Below the pieces are notes generated by a model. The model made no database searches, was not told the origin of the DNA, and was given only the letters and a program-made list of their open reading frames with translations. The translations under genes and the position numbers were made by a program. This document shows positions 47,265 through 60,553 of a stretch of DNA of 64,000 nt, piece by piece. The first letter of the stretch is position 1. Every line of letters starts with the position of its first letter. The stretch spans positions 124,001 to 188,000 of the forward strand of contig NW_026250440.1 of NCBI RefSeq assembly GCF_024521635.1. The letters run 5' to 3'. The stretch is from Tricharina praecox (Eukaryota).

Positions 47265-50110
47265 TTTTTACTGGAGATCGTTGAACGATCGAGGAGGGAT
47301 GAGAGGGGGGTGGTGGTTGTGGTGGTTGTGGGGTACGGGGTTGTCGTTGTTTTTCGCTGGCCCTGTTGATTGAGGGGGATGGAGAGGAGAGAGGGATGGA
47401 CGGGGTGAAGAGGGTAATAAAGGAAAGGAAACGGGTGAGCTGCAAGTAACGAAACCGGACTTGCCTCTCTTTTTTTTTGCTCTTGTGGCGTTTGTGTTGT
47501 GTTGCTGCCGTATGCGTCGTGCCGGCAATGACGTCATTCTCTAAGACTACCGATTGATCGCCAGTGGTGGGATGCTTCTTCACGTGGACTCCACTCTAGC
47601 GCCAGCCAGTTGCTGGATGTGGCGTAGCGACCGTTGACAAGCTTTCTTGGCCAGCGGGCCAGCGGTAGGCGGAAGCTTGTTTGATGAGGCGCACCGGCTG
47701 AGTCGGCACAATCCGCCCCTTGCCCCCCCAGCCACCAATCGAATCTCGCTGCAACACGCGTACTCCAACTACCGTTCGCCTGGTACTCCCCTCCCCATTG
47801 AAAAACAAGGAAACCAAGAAATCAGGTACTCTACATCATCGGGTTTGGGGAAGCGAAATTGTCCTAAGCATCTTGTCGCTCATATGTACTAACCAGTCGT
47901 AACTGGCTATACTCTATCTGTGAGGAGAATCGAGTGCCCAAAATAACTCTTGTCGCGAGTGGACGACGGCCGTCGATTGTATGTACCGGTATGTAGGAGT
48001 TTTCTTCGTGTCGAAAGAACCCGGGAACAGTGACATCCTGCAGCAATTTCGAAACCTTGGTGCGTGCCTCGCAGAAACTACTACTAGGTAGTAGATAGCC
48101 TTGTCACCGCCGAGTACACGTAGGTCAGTACAATGTACTTCTGGGTGCAGACTAGTTTTGCCCATATCCAACCCGCCTCTCCCCCCGTCATACATTCCGT
48201 CATGTCGGCTACGCAGCAGGGGCCTACCGGTATGGTAGGATGCCATGGTTACCAAGAAGTGGCCGAGGATGATGGGGGTGACGGATGACGGATGATGTAG
48301 CACTCGGTGTTGAGTTGTTGTGCTGTACGTACATTGCGAAGATACGCCGTTCGGTCGTCTAGTGTGGGAGGAGGGAATAGGTAGAGTTCGGTGGGTTATT
48401 TGGACGATGGCTTTTGATGGAAAACACTGACTGTCTGTCGTCCCAAAATGCTGGAGATATCGGCCCAAAAAAGGGCGATGTGGATATTTATATTGCCGAA
48501 CCAACGAAACGGGCCTCAAGTTCGATGTGGCGGCAGACGGTCACGGCCAATGAGTGCCTCCGGTTCGCTCGCCTGCCTCCATCCAGTGCAAATCGATCCT
48601 CATATCACAGCCCCAAGGTAAACCACAGTGTGAGCGACTGACAGGTACTGTGCAGTAGAGCGCGTCACGATTCCAGATACGCCGTAGGTGGTCCTTTGTG
48701 GAACAGGCGATGTAGTAGGTGCATGTTGTGGGATTCGGGGGCCAGACCGACTCGGTCGCCTCAACGTTGAAATGTCCTCTGTTGCTACTTTTATGTTCGT
48801 CTGTTCTGTTGTTCAAAACACAAGACACGCGACATCAGACATTATCATCACCACAGACATTATTTTTTAACATCGCGGAGATACTTCGAAATTGTTCGGC
48901 CTGAAGAACATAGGCTGCTTTCTTTTCTTGTTGCTTTCTAGGTAGTCAATCCAATCAGTCTCACCAGTTTCCCGTACCGGTCGGAGGTCTCCCAATATCA
49001 ATACTCGTGTGTACACGAGCCCCCCTGCTGTACATACCAAAAAGGACGATAATATTAACACCGTACTATAAAATCGAGCAGATCCGTCGATACGGTGTTG
49101 ATCAGGTATGAAAAAAGAAAAGAAAACCAAACGTTTGATGTATTGTCAATCCGAGGGTGCTATGTACATACAAAAAAAAAGGAAGAAACCCCCATTTTTG
49201 CTACTGTATCAATGAAGTTCCGTCCTCGCAACGGCGGTAGCAACCCCTCGCCTCACACGAAAGTCGTCACTCTCGGCGCAAAGCTGCGCCATCGCAACAC
49301 CCGGTGTGGTGGAGAGAGAGGAGGAGCTGTTGGTGAGAGGAGGAGCTGTTGGTGAGAGGAGGGAGTGAGAGGAGGACCTGTCGGCGGGAGAAAACGATTG
49401 CGATTAGTAGTGGGCATCAACGTTTGGTATTGTGGGACGCAGCTGGAACTGGCGTCTTGGCATCATTTTTGGACCCTTGGCTGAGGACCTTGGGCGGACT
49501 TGTTGTCAAGATGTTGGGACCGGCTGTCGATCCTGGGGCTGCAGGGGAGGACCTGTTTTGTTTTGCTCGTTGATTCTGTTTGTTTTGTTCGCTTTTGTTC
49601 TCGGCGGTGGTGCGACGATGCAGTGTCGGTGAAAGTTGATGTTGCGCCCGACATGGTCTAGCGCAGTCGGCCAAAGTTGGACGATCTGTTTTATTTATTC
49701 CGAGAGGGGCCGCACTTTTCTGGAAGTGTGTATCGTTCATCATCTGATTTCTTTGCTTGTTGCTTTCTTCGGTCTAGAGCCGTCTTGCTTTCTTCTAGTG
49801 TGCCCTTTTATACATATCATCGGCTCTGCGGACGCGCTTCTACTTTCTCATACAATTTCTCTATTCGTGACTTATGACCTGCCCCGGCGGGATCGTCTTC
49901 TTCTTCTTTCTCGATCATCCTCTATCGAATAGACGATTAATTTCTATATCTCCTCTTTCTTCTGTGTGTGCTCTCCTCTCGATCTAGCCTCCGGCTCGGA
50001 GGGGTGGTGGCAAAAGAGCCGTCTGCAAAACCGGGCGGCATGTTGCTTCTCCGGAAGTCATCTTTTCACGAGCGCCGAACTTTCATCTGCATCAATGGTT
50101 CATGACTCTA

Positions 50111-50195
50111 CTTCAAACTCAACCGTCCTTCAAACTCAACCGTCCTTCGAACTCGACCTTCATTCGAACTCAACGGTCATTCGAACTTAGCCGTA
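50111..50195. repeat. ~17-bp tandem repeat, about five degenerate units
   Basis: CTTCAAACTCAACCGTC x2 followed by CTTCGAACTC-type variants. Confidence 0.7.
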
Positions 50196-50746
50196 TATCG
50201 ACTTCGACGAGGGCGAGAGTAATGGCGATTGCAAAAGCTCATCCTCCGTTCAAAAGCTCCTACCTAGAATCTTGGAGAGTCTATGGTAGACTCGCAGAGG
50301 GCCGCGAAAGATTCTCGCACATCAGCAACGTCTGATGCGAGTGAATGAAAATTCTAGCGTCACAATGAATCACTCGTGGCGAGGGTTAAGTTTGAAGTTT
50401 GTTGAAGACTGATGTTCGGGTGGAAAAAGCTCTCGAATGATTCGTCATATGGCCGATGAGCTGGACGAGACAGGTCGTATGGATAGTCATTTGACTGATG
50501 AGCTGGGCGAGACAGGTCGCATGGAGAAAGCCAAATTTGGCCGAAGCCATGATAATTGACTTGAATTATTTCTATAAATGTTGCCCGCGAGCACCCCCTG
50601 TCCCCACTCTCTTCGATTCTACCTTCAACCTATTCGATATTCCTCGGTTTGGAGACTTGAAACCCAGAAGCATTCAGATATTCGTGGTACTTGAGCAATC
50701 GTTCGATTTTGAGTCTTGGTGGCTGTGCTAATCATATGGCGAATAG

Positions 50747-53340
50747 ATGTCCGTCAATATCTTCACCATCACCGCCACTATGAATAATAGTACGGTGATG
50801 GGCAGTTACGGTGCTACTACCAACGTACCCACCGACTTCGCCTTGTTATACCTACCCGAAGGGTTGGGAACTGAAGGTGCGGTGGCGCCGGCATACACCG
50901 GCCAGCCTCCCATGACGCACCATCGAGATCGATGCCATCTTGAAGCAAGGACTCACCGGTTCCAACAACTCAACAGCGGTCGATATCGACCTTAGCCTCC
51001 TGCCGCCTGTCCTTTTGAGGAAGGAATTACCGTCTGCCACCACCACCAGCACCGATGCCGACATTGAAGACAACGGCACAGAGTACGACGAAAATGAGGA
51101 GGAATACGCTGGAATGGAGGACGATAGCGCGTCCTTCCTCCACCGTCCCCTCACGGCGGAGGCCATAGACACAATCTGCGCCTCACCTTCTTTCGAGTTG
51201 ACGTCTGGGAATTTCGTGGCCTCGGGAACTGGCGAGTTCCTGAAGGAGTATGCGCTGCAGCAGCAGTCCACGCCGGTCTTCCGATCCAGTGGAATCCTGA
51301 GCTCACTGGCCGCCACACACCTCGGCGATCCGAATCTCCACTACGGAATCTCCACGCCTCACCGCTGCGCCCCGTCCTGTTCCTCTGTCGTCCGCAAGCT
51401 GCAGGACAACATCGATGAGGCCCGCGCCGTGTATTTCACCTTCCTCTCCGCGCAACACCTAGCAGAGACGCTCAAGTCTCTCAGTAACGGACTGCTCGCG
51501 GCACAGGGGAACGTAGCAGAGATTTCGGCGGCGATGGCCGAGCACCTTTCCAAAGCTGGAGACACTCGGAGCAGTCCATAGATTAAGTACGCCCTAAAAC
51601 TTTCGAATTTTGCGCTTCGACAGGTGGCCGGATTCATTCCCCCCCTTCTCAGTTTGGATTCCATCGAGGAAGCCTTGGGCTGTAGACTCAATGCCGACAA
51701 GGCGAGGATCACCTACTTTAGAAAGGCGATGAAGGAGTTCCAAACTGGGGTACGCGCCAATATGCTGGATGTTGCCTACAGCAATGTCGGACGTGAAAAG
51801 GTCAAGATGGAAAGCATTGAGACGGGCCTGAAGGCGGCTAGCCAGCGTGTGGAGCTGATGGAGAAGACCATTCTGACGGTGCTGAGTACTGCGTAACTCA
51901 TGGAAGGAGGCATCCGCAATGTCAAGAAAAAGGAATACGTGTCGATGGGTCTCGGGGCATTGCTGAGTCATTGAAGTGTTAAGATACAGATGGGGTTATT
52001 GTCCAAGGGGAGCCTTGCATCTGTGAGCCAAAATAAAGTTTGGCTTCAGAGCTGGACTATGCAGACTGTCGAAGTCTCGCGGAACTCTCTCGCGGAGGCA
52101 GCCGATAAAATATTCTTGGGCTATGGACTCCGAGACGATGGTTCCAGCTTGCTGACGGATATCATCTACTTGGGCACATTCTTGCCAGCCGGTCGAGATG
52201 GCGAAGTTGGCTATTACCATTCCGGACAGATGGAAGCGTTAGTTTCCTTTCCGCAAACTTTGGAGCTCCACTGACACCCTCGCAGTAAGATCAAGCGTGC
52301 CGTAATGCTCAAGGCTCTCAACCACGCTTTTCGGTTGCAGTCCATCTACATCATGTGAACCGCCGACTATCGAAAGACCACGAAGCCGCATCGGCCTACG
52401 TCCGAGCGGCCGATGAATGCGCAGAATTGCCGCCGAGACAACACGGGTTCGATGGACTTCAAGGCGTGTATCGACGATCAGGTTTGCTACATGTACCGAT
52501 TCAACGACGCGGGAACTAGCTTTGACTGGCACAACGAGCGGGTCCCCGGAAAGGAAATGTAGGAAGAGGAGCCATGGAATATTAACACCTCGGATGTTAT
52601 CGAGTCTTTGGTTCGAGGGTATTACGACGATTCTCGCGATGCCAATGATGTCAACTCGCTTTCGCGGCTCAACACCGTCGAGAGTATAAGCCAGGACAGC
52701 TTCGAGGCGTCAATCGATGCACGCACTCCAGGCGTCTTCACCATCCCTGTTTGTTTCTCCGAGCACAGCTGGTCTACCGTCGTCGATGGCCACTACCCAC
52801 CGCACAAGCTCATGCATAACCTGGACGCCCGCAACTCGATCAAAGCCGTGCCCTGCAACTGCGGGCCATGGGGTATCGATAGGGAGCAGTTCTGGCAGGA
52901 GGTCGGCTTTGGCGGCGACGACCTCGGGCGGTCCAAGACCATAGCACGCAAGAACTGCGGTAATCACATCGGTTACAAGATCAAGGATCCACTGGAAAAG
53001 TTCGTGGCTTTGTGTCGGATGGATCTTAGACGGACCCCCTCCAAAATGCCTAATGCCATTGACTCCGGCAAGCATCCGAGCTGCGATACCATCACCAGTC
53101 TGATCGACCAGAGTGGGCTCACTCTTGAAAAGCTGAAGAGTGGTCGCCCGGAGAGCTACGTGGCTATCCAGTGCTTTGCGGGGATCTTCAAAGACAAACA
53201 CCACAAAGATGTCTGCGAGAGGTATAAGGCGATGGACTTGGGAAGTCTGCTGAGGGTGGTGGGGGAGGAGGAGGTCAGCAGGAGGCTACCCAAGAATTTA
53301 ACGCCTCCGGCGTCAGAATGGGTTTTGCTGTGGACACTGA
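50747..53340 (+). pseudogene. large Cys-containing hypothetical protein gene disrupted by in-frame stops
   Basis: ORFs at 50940, 51624, 51990 and 52608 share one frame, separated by single stops at 51579, 51894, 51972, 52272, 52356 and 52560. Possible frameshift near 50910. Confidence 0.7.
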
Positions 53341-53348
53341 GGTGGGTT

Positions 53349-53452
53349 TATTATGTTTCGGGAAGGGCAGGAGTTATTTTGTTTCGAGAAGGGCTGGTGT
53401 TATTTTGTTTTCGGGAAGGGCAGGCGTTATTTTGTTTTCGAGAAAAGGGAAA
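53349..53452. repeat. ~27-bp tandem repeat x4
   Basis: TTATTTTGTTT(T)CG.GAAGGGC.GG repeated. Confidence 0.75.
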
Positions 53453-53570
53453 AGCGACTCCGCCCACGGTTATGGGCTTGTTACTTGAGATAGCCGTGCT
53501 CCTCGAGGACACGGTAATACATTTCGCTGCTTTTTTTTCCAGACTAGAGTATATAAAGCAAAATATATGG

Positions 53571-53876
53571 GTTTTGTTTTTGGTTTAATCATTAATTGCA
53601 TGCGACCCGTGTAGATCATGACAATGTCTACCCGTACACCACCCGTTTCCACGCCACTGTCCGACTCGACTGTCACCGAGCGGCCCGATGTGGCTTTCCC
53701 TACTCTCCGCCCTGGCCTTTCCCGACAATACATGAATGCACCAAATAAATAGCACTAGGAGAAGGCAACGGCCGCGCCGACGACTCGTAGCCTGTTCCCT
53801 CAACTCGTCCGCTCCCTCAACTCTTCCGCGCCCTCACCACACTCCGCATCGCTGCCTCCTGCCTCTTCTAAAGCAA
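53571..53876 (-). mobile_element. 5'-truncated non-LTR retroelement, copy C
   Basis: Flanked by a perfect 25-bp direct repeat AGAGTATATAAAGCAAAATATATGG at 53546..53570 and 53877..53901. T-rich tail; homologous to copy A along its length. Confidence 0.85.
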
Positions 53877-54606
53877 AGAGTATATAAAGCAAAATATATG
53901 GTACCTATTGAACATAATCCCACCAAGATGATTTGAGTGTTGCGTGATGATGCGAGGCCAGCATTGCTTCGACGGCTAGGTACTATAGACCCTCGTATAC
54001 ACAGCAGCGACGACAAACCAGTAGATAACGTAGCAGTAGCTAAATCCAGGCTCTATTCTGTCCAAGTCATCTACTGTATTACGCGGAAAGTTGTATGTAG
54101 GGTTCTACAGCGGCCAGTTACACATCTACAGTGAACTGCCTCATATGTTTTCACTGCTGAATGTCGAAATAGAGAACGGGACTGAGATTCGACCTGATCC
54201 GATATGATTATTGACCAGACCGTCCGTTCCAAGCCTCCACGGTTCCACCTCATTTTCGCCATTGATCCTCAGCCTTGCTGATGGTTGTTCTGTTCTCTCT
54301 TCCTTCCTTTCTTCCTTTCTTCACACTGCAGCACAACACCATCGGGTATCCTCTCGGTAGGGAATCAATTCCTGAAAGCCCGGGTCTGTCTATCAATCGC
54401 GCGATAAGAATCACATATCAGCTTAGTCAGGTCTGGTCTATGGAACGGTATATACCGCGACCGTTGAAGCACCATTATGCCTCAAGTACTCTACTCACGA
54501 CGACAACGACAACGACAACGATAACGGCAGCCACTCGCCCGCCACTCGCCCGCCGCCCGCGCGCACAGTCCACGCCCATAGTATGATACTTCCCATTCTG
54601 CGCCAT

Positions 54607-54666
54607 AACACCACAACACCACAACACCACAACACCACAACACCACAACACCACAACACCACAACG
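54607..54666. repeat. microsatellite (CACAACAC)n
   Basis: About seven 8-bp units. Confidence 0.85.
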
Positions 54667-55864
54667 CCTCGCTCTCTGAGCTCTCCGAGTCCGAGGCGGC
54701 TTGTTCCTGTAGGCTGCATATGTACGCAAGTTTGTATAAAACATCCGGACTCTTGTCTTCCGCGAATCTATAAAGGGTAATCGGCTAAAGTGCAAGCGCC
54801 TGTCGTCGATAGATACCTACTCAGAACTCTACTCTACTCTAATCTAGATAGTAGAGGCTGGCATCGGCTAACATAGGTAGGTAGGCTGTAAGGAAGGACG
54901 GCGGGTTTCCTTGCGCACATCAATTGTCTTGGGATCGGGTTCTAATATACCGGCACTACTATTATTCCGAAGGTCGTATGTTATATAGTACCTACCTACC
55001 TAGATCAATAGACTCTCGCTGCCACGGCGAACGTGTTCGAATATCTACTTCCTACATAAATAGCTTCGCGCTTAACTCCGCGCAGCATGAGCAGCACAAG
55101 ATCAGGCCGTGCCGATCTCACGACCATGGAGTACCGTACATATCCCAACCAACTCGTACGAAGCACGGGGTATAAAATCATCGTCAATCTTGCCGATTGG
55201 TGTTTGTCGAGGATAGCCGAGTTGAGTGAGAACTGATGAACTGGATTGGCCCACGGGGGAGAGGGAATGGAATGGAATGTTCTTTATCCGGTTCGTAGTG
55301 TTCCAACGTACGAGTACTCTACATATAGGTAGTACAAGAACAACGGAGCATCACGTTGTAACTTATCTCCGGTCCTGTGGATGGAGTAGGTATGGACTCG
55401 GAGTCTTTTTCCACGGAGGAGCCTCTTCTTCTTCGACTTCACTACGAGAAGCTACAGATTGGCATTGGGATTGACACGGGGTGGCCAGACCAACCGGTTC
55501 TCCACATCTTATCCGCCGAGAGAGACTGAGACATTGGCGGGCGGGCGAGTGGAACGTACGAGATTTGAGGCGTGCAGACATGCGATTTTCGAGGCGTGCG
55601 GATCGCCTCCTGCTTTCCCCGTGTATAGTAAAGCTGTGTGCATGTGCCAATCACTCGAGCACTCGAACTCGCCCCACCATCACCACCAGCACCACCACCC
55701 GCATCGCCCCCCCTCCCCCAGTCCGCATCCGACACTGGCACTGACGAATCATCAGCGTCTCGCACATGTCTCTCCCCCCATCCTTCTTCCTCAGTGCACT
55801 GCGCACCTGCACGCACCACTGCACACTTCCCCACCCCCCGCCCCACCGGGTGAATGTGCACATT

Positions 55865-55919
55865 CATCCAGCATCCATCCATCCATCCATCCATCCATCC
55901 ACCATCCATCCATCCATCC
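55865..55919. repeat. microsatellite (CATC)n
   Basis: Run of CATC/CCAT units. Confidence 0.8.
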
Positions 55920-56710
55920 TCTCAAGCTCCCAGGCTCTCAAGCTCTCACATGTCCTTCTCGCGCCACCTCGTACGTCGTCGTCGTTCCGGCGCTCCCCCG
56001 GACGCGTCGTACACCTTAAACCGCACACTACACGGTACTACCCGAAAAGTGCCGATGTGCAGATAGAGTATGCTCAGCATTGTGCGGTAGCTACTCTAGA
56101 TAGAGTGGGGATATGGGTAGATATCACCCCGATAGCTCATACTTTGTAGCTGTAGGAGGTAGTGTGCTCGAGGGTGTGTGAGAGGGGGTGTGAGAGATCT
56201 AAAACAGCGACTGACACACTGACACCTTCCATACTATGATGCTATGTATGGGGATATAGCCGAGTTATGAACCGAGGGTCCGGGGGCGCAAGCCCGCTTG
56301 GCTGGAGCTTGGCTGCAGTCCTACGGTGTGGGCGCCAATGGGATCGCACGGTTTTTGAACGTGCACGAGGATCTCACAATACCGAGGAGCAAGAGGATCT
56401 CACAATACCGAGGAGCAGGAGCGGGAGCAGGAGCAGGAGGAGTTGGAGGAGGAGGAATCATTCCTTCATTCGCGATGACAATAGTGTAGCATCGCACCCA
56501 TCCACCCAGCTTGGGCGTAAATCTCCAAAAAGCCCAAAAACCATACAGAACAAAACACGATTAGAAAAACAAGTAATACACGCTACAGATCGCGAACCCA
56601 AAAGAAAAGAAAAAAGCCAATCGTAACCACGTTATTTTACGCTACGTCACGTCCTGGACCAAGCCCACTTGACGCTCTCTTCTGCCGCGCGCAGAGCCTC
56701 ACGCTCGGCA

Positions 56711-57092
56711 TCAGACTCGTAACCACGCCATTTGTCCATCGACTCCTGTTGCGAACGTTTTTTTAGCCATGTTCATCTTATATCCCCATATCGTAGTAAT
56801 CGTAGAGTAAAGTAAAACATACCTTCTGTTCCTTCGAACTCGCGGTACTCTGCGCGGCCTCCACGGCGGCGGCAGCAGCGCCTTGTGATGTCGCCGCAGG
56901 AGTTGTAGCGACGGACATGGGCCGGGCGAGGAGTTTTGGGCCGGTGCACAAGAGTTTTGGGCCAGTGCGGAGGAGCTTTGGGCCGGACGAGAGCGGGCGC
57001 GCCAGAAGTTTGGGGCCGGCGGCGGTGCGGAGGAGGCGCGGACCGCTGCAGAGAAGCTTGGGACCGGAAGTGCTGCGGAAGATGGACGACAT
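56711..57092 (-). CDS. small hypothetical protein with six GP[KR]LL repeats; 3' exon uncertain
   Basis: ATG in AAATG context, repeats kept in frame, GTATGT donor at 56822, TATA-like sequence upstream near 57251. Confidence 0.45.
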
Positions 57093-57764
57093 TTCTTGTG
57101 GGGTTTGGTGGGTGGGTTTTTTGGTGGAGGTGGGTGTGTGTGGGTTTGTGAGGTGGATTCGAGTGGGCAGTGTGTATGTGTGTGTGTGTGAGGAAGTAAA
57201 CTGGAGTGGAACTGGAGATGGAAGATTCGATTGAGGGAGTGGAAAGGGGGATATATACTCTACACACGCCCGAGATTTTTACATCACGCTATTATACGCT
57301 CACGCATATACGCGTCCTGTCGGGAGAGCAAGTTAGACGCAGAAGCAGAGGTCATAGCGATTGTTGAATTGTTGATGGCCACGGTGGCCGGCAACGGTGC
57401 CGCATTAGGCTAGGGATATCTAGGGGATGGAGGTGTGTTGAGGTTCGGAGATCGACCGCTAAACCATCTGCCGTATTGCTTTTGTGGGGTTGGTTTGAGC
57501 TGGGATCGATGCTGGTTGGCTGGCTTCCAAAGTTGGGGGCCGGGACTGGGGTCGGACGAATGATGGCCGGTGGGATGGGAGCGATGGCGGCGAACATGAG
57601 ATCTCACTCATCTGGCATATCAGTCTTATCGGAGGACGGCGTTTCGGAAACTGGAACCTGCCCAGCCAAAGGCCTTCCCTTTCGGAAAAAATATAATGCG
57701 ATGGTTACGCTTCATTTCCAAAGGCATATGTAGAAAAGCCAAATTCATGTCTCTCCTCGGCTCG

Positions 57765-59242
57765 CTACATGCTCAAAAACCCGCGCTCAGTGAAGTTGCC
57801 GGCAGCCCCTTGCACCCGGTCCCACTCCAGCACGGCACCCAGCAACACCTGAGCTCCGAGAGCCCTGTTCGATCTGTCAGCATCTGTTCTCTTTCCCCGT
57901 ACGTACGCGAACGGGGCACGGGGGGCGGGAAGACTCACCACTCCTCGGGACCATTATCCTCCGGGACCATGACAACACCGGTCGGCACGCCTCTGCGCGC
58001 AGTATTGACAGCGTCCATTGGGCTTTCCACAAAATTCTCGACGACAGTACCCTCGCCGAGCTCACCCACGCTGACTCCGGGACCCAACAGCCCCGTCTCG
58101 TGATCACCCAGCAAGCCACCGCCACTCACATCTTCCAAACTCTCCCTGATGGCCGCGATACAGTGCTCATCAAACCTGAGTTCGGGCTCATCCATGACGA
58201 CCTCAACCTTCTCAACAACGCCGCCCTCCTCAAACGCAATTTTCGCGAACATCCTCAACGCCTCCTCCTGAATCTCATCCACATTCTTCCCCATAATATA
58301 CAGCGAAAACTTCGCCTCCCTCGGCGTGCCCGCAAAGCCCGCATTCGCCGCCTCGAACACGCCGGTGCTCACCCTGCCATTAAGCATATTGCCCACCTCT
58401 CTCCCAGCGAGGACACACCTGCCGGCAGCAGCGAGCGCATCGCCTCCCTTGACAGACACCTCAATCCACCTCCACGCCTTCGCGCCAGTCCCGATCTCAA
58501 TCTCGTCGATCCACTTCGTGGGGAGCGCCTCGAAGTACGCGCCGAGCTGCACGCTGGCGTCGAGCGAGCCCAGCCACCCGGACTCGCGCAGACACGCCTT
58601 CACCGTGCGCCGCCCCGCGTGGTCGCTGCCTACCTCGCGGATGCCCCACGCCTCGTCGACGCCCACGTGGCCCGCCCATACGCCGCTGCCCAGGAGCGCC
58701 CGTGGAAATCGGCTCCCGCTGGAACATGACCAGCCGATCAGGGTTATTGGGTGCGTGGTCTCAACGGCGTAGTCCTGCAGCGTGCGGACTACTTCGAGCG
58801 CGGCGAGGAGCGGGAGCGGAGAGGAGTCGAGGGGCCCGCCGAGCGCGATGGAGGGCGCCGACGGCCGCGGGGATGAGGCTAGAGGGAGGAAGAGAGAGCC
58901 GAGGTCATCGATTAGCGGGGTGACACCCAGCGTTGTGGTAAGGTAGTGGCGGAGGGAGGTTGTGGGCGGGAGAAGAGAGGTGCCCGTTGGCAGTGGATAG
59001 CTGCGAGGATCAGTGCTGCCCGGCGATCTGGAGGGGGGATTAGGCATGTACGAGTGATTGAGGGGCTTCGCGACCGAGAGATTGGCCAGCTCCTCGACGG
59101 TGGACTGCAGGCGAGCGGCATTGATACGGATCTGTGGCGGCGAGCTCGAAGCCGAACTGTAGCGTCGGCTGTACGTGAGGGCGAGTCTTGTGGTACTCGA
59201 AGTCCGTGACGAAATGGATCGAAGAGCGCGGGTCACAAGCAT
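57765..59242 (-). CDS. M20-family beta-alanine synthase / N-carbamoyl-amino-acid hydrolase-like protein, probably catalytically inactive (intron 57865..57938)
   Basis: INAARL, AALEVVRTL, GSRFPRALLGSGVWAG, DALAAAG, FDEHCIAAIRES and GAQVLLGAVL match the family frame. Arg/Ser-rich presequence. Confidence 0.75.
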
Positions 59243-59713
59243 TTTTGATCGGGTGAATGCCTAAAGTATAAAACTGGAGATAATGAAGCGAGTGTGGTTA
59301 TCGTCCGTAGTGCAGAGTAGATGTCGAGGTTGTTTGTCGTGACGTCTCAGAAAGCGGGGAGCCGCAGATAGGTCGCATGCCCAGATAGCATGCCGCTGAC
59401 ATAGATACGGTGCCGATCACCAACTGGGGGGCCAAGTACAGCCCTATCGGGTAGAGCACATTCACTCCCTCTTCTTCGCGGATTTTCCGCTTCTCCTCAC
59501 AATCAAAGCGAAGAGCAGACGACAATTTCGCTGATGAAGTCAAATGTAAACCTGTATTGCAGTTGAGACGATACAATGCGGAAAGCCAAAGAAAATAGGG
59601 CATGACAAACACACGTCTCGAAAAAAAAAATGTACAGAACCCCAACGTACCCCCCAAAAACACCCTATCTGCATTCTAGCAAACATCTCGGAACAGAATA
59701 ACCCCCCACCTAT

Positions 59714-60553
59714 CTACCTCCTGTACCACATCCGGGTGATCTTGGTGTTCCTCATCTTCTTTTGCAACTGCAAGATACCATAGCACAGCGCCTCACTAGT
59801 GGGCGGGCAGCCAGGCACGTAGACGTCAACGGGCACGATACGATCGCAGCCTCGAGTGACCGAGTAACTGTAATGATAGTATCCACCTCCGTTGGCGCAC
59901 GAACCCATGGAGACGACCCAGCGGGGCTCAGGCATCTGGTCATAGACTTGTCGCAGAGCAGGGGCCATCTTGTTGGTGAGCGTACCCGCGACGATCATGA
60001 CATCGGACTGACGAGGCGAGGCACGGAAAATAATTCCCATGCGATCCTGGTCGTAGCGGGGCGTCGACAAGTGCATCATCTCGACGGCACAGCACGCGAG
60101 TCCGAAGGTCATGGGCCAAAGCGATCCTTGACGGGCCCAGTTCGCCATCGTATCGAGGGTGGTCCTGATATCACTCCGTTAGCCATCATCGCACTCGGGG
60201 TGTGGGGCGGCACCGCCGGTATCGCGGGTGATGGGTGACGTACAACGCATAGTCGACCACGTTCTTGGGGCGCTCCTGCGACGGAAGCAGAACCTCACGA
60301 CGCGCGGGACGGTCGGTGAGACCGGTCTCCTGTCCGACATGTGTGATGCCGCCGGCGGAGGCGAGCGCTGTAGGCTTCGAGGTGGAGATGGCTCGGATGG
60401 CGATGTTCCTGGATGGCAATGCCGCTACCTCAATGTCAGCGCTTGAACTGCGGGGGGGCGCGGGCGCGGACGCGGGGGCGACCGGAACATCGAAATTGGG
60501 GGACACAAACATCGCAGGGTCAGGGCGGTGGACGCGCGAGTAGTAGAAAGCAT
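59714..60553 (-). CDS. NDUFS7: NADH:ubiquinone oxidoreductase 20-kDa (PSST) Fe-S subunit; multi-exon
   Basis: [40 protein letters not shown] and YVPGCPPT. Confidence 0.97.

Noticed and set aside
53340..53588. Hydrophobic C-terminus of ORF 52608..53588
   Set aside because: It derives from read-through into a T-rich tandem repeat and a retroelement target site, so it is probably not part of the original gene.
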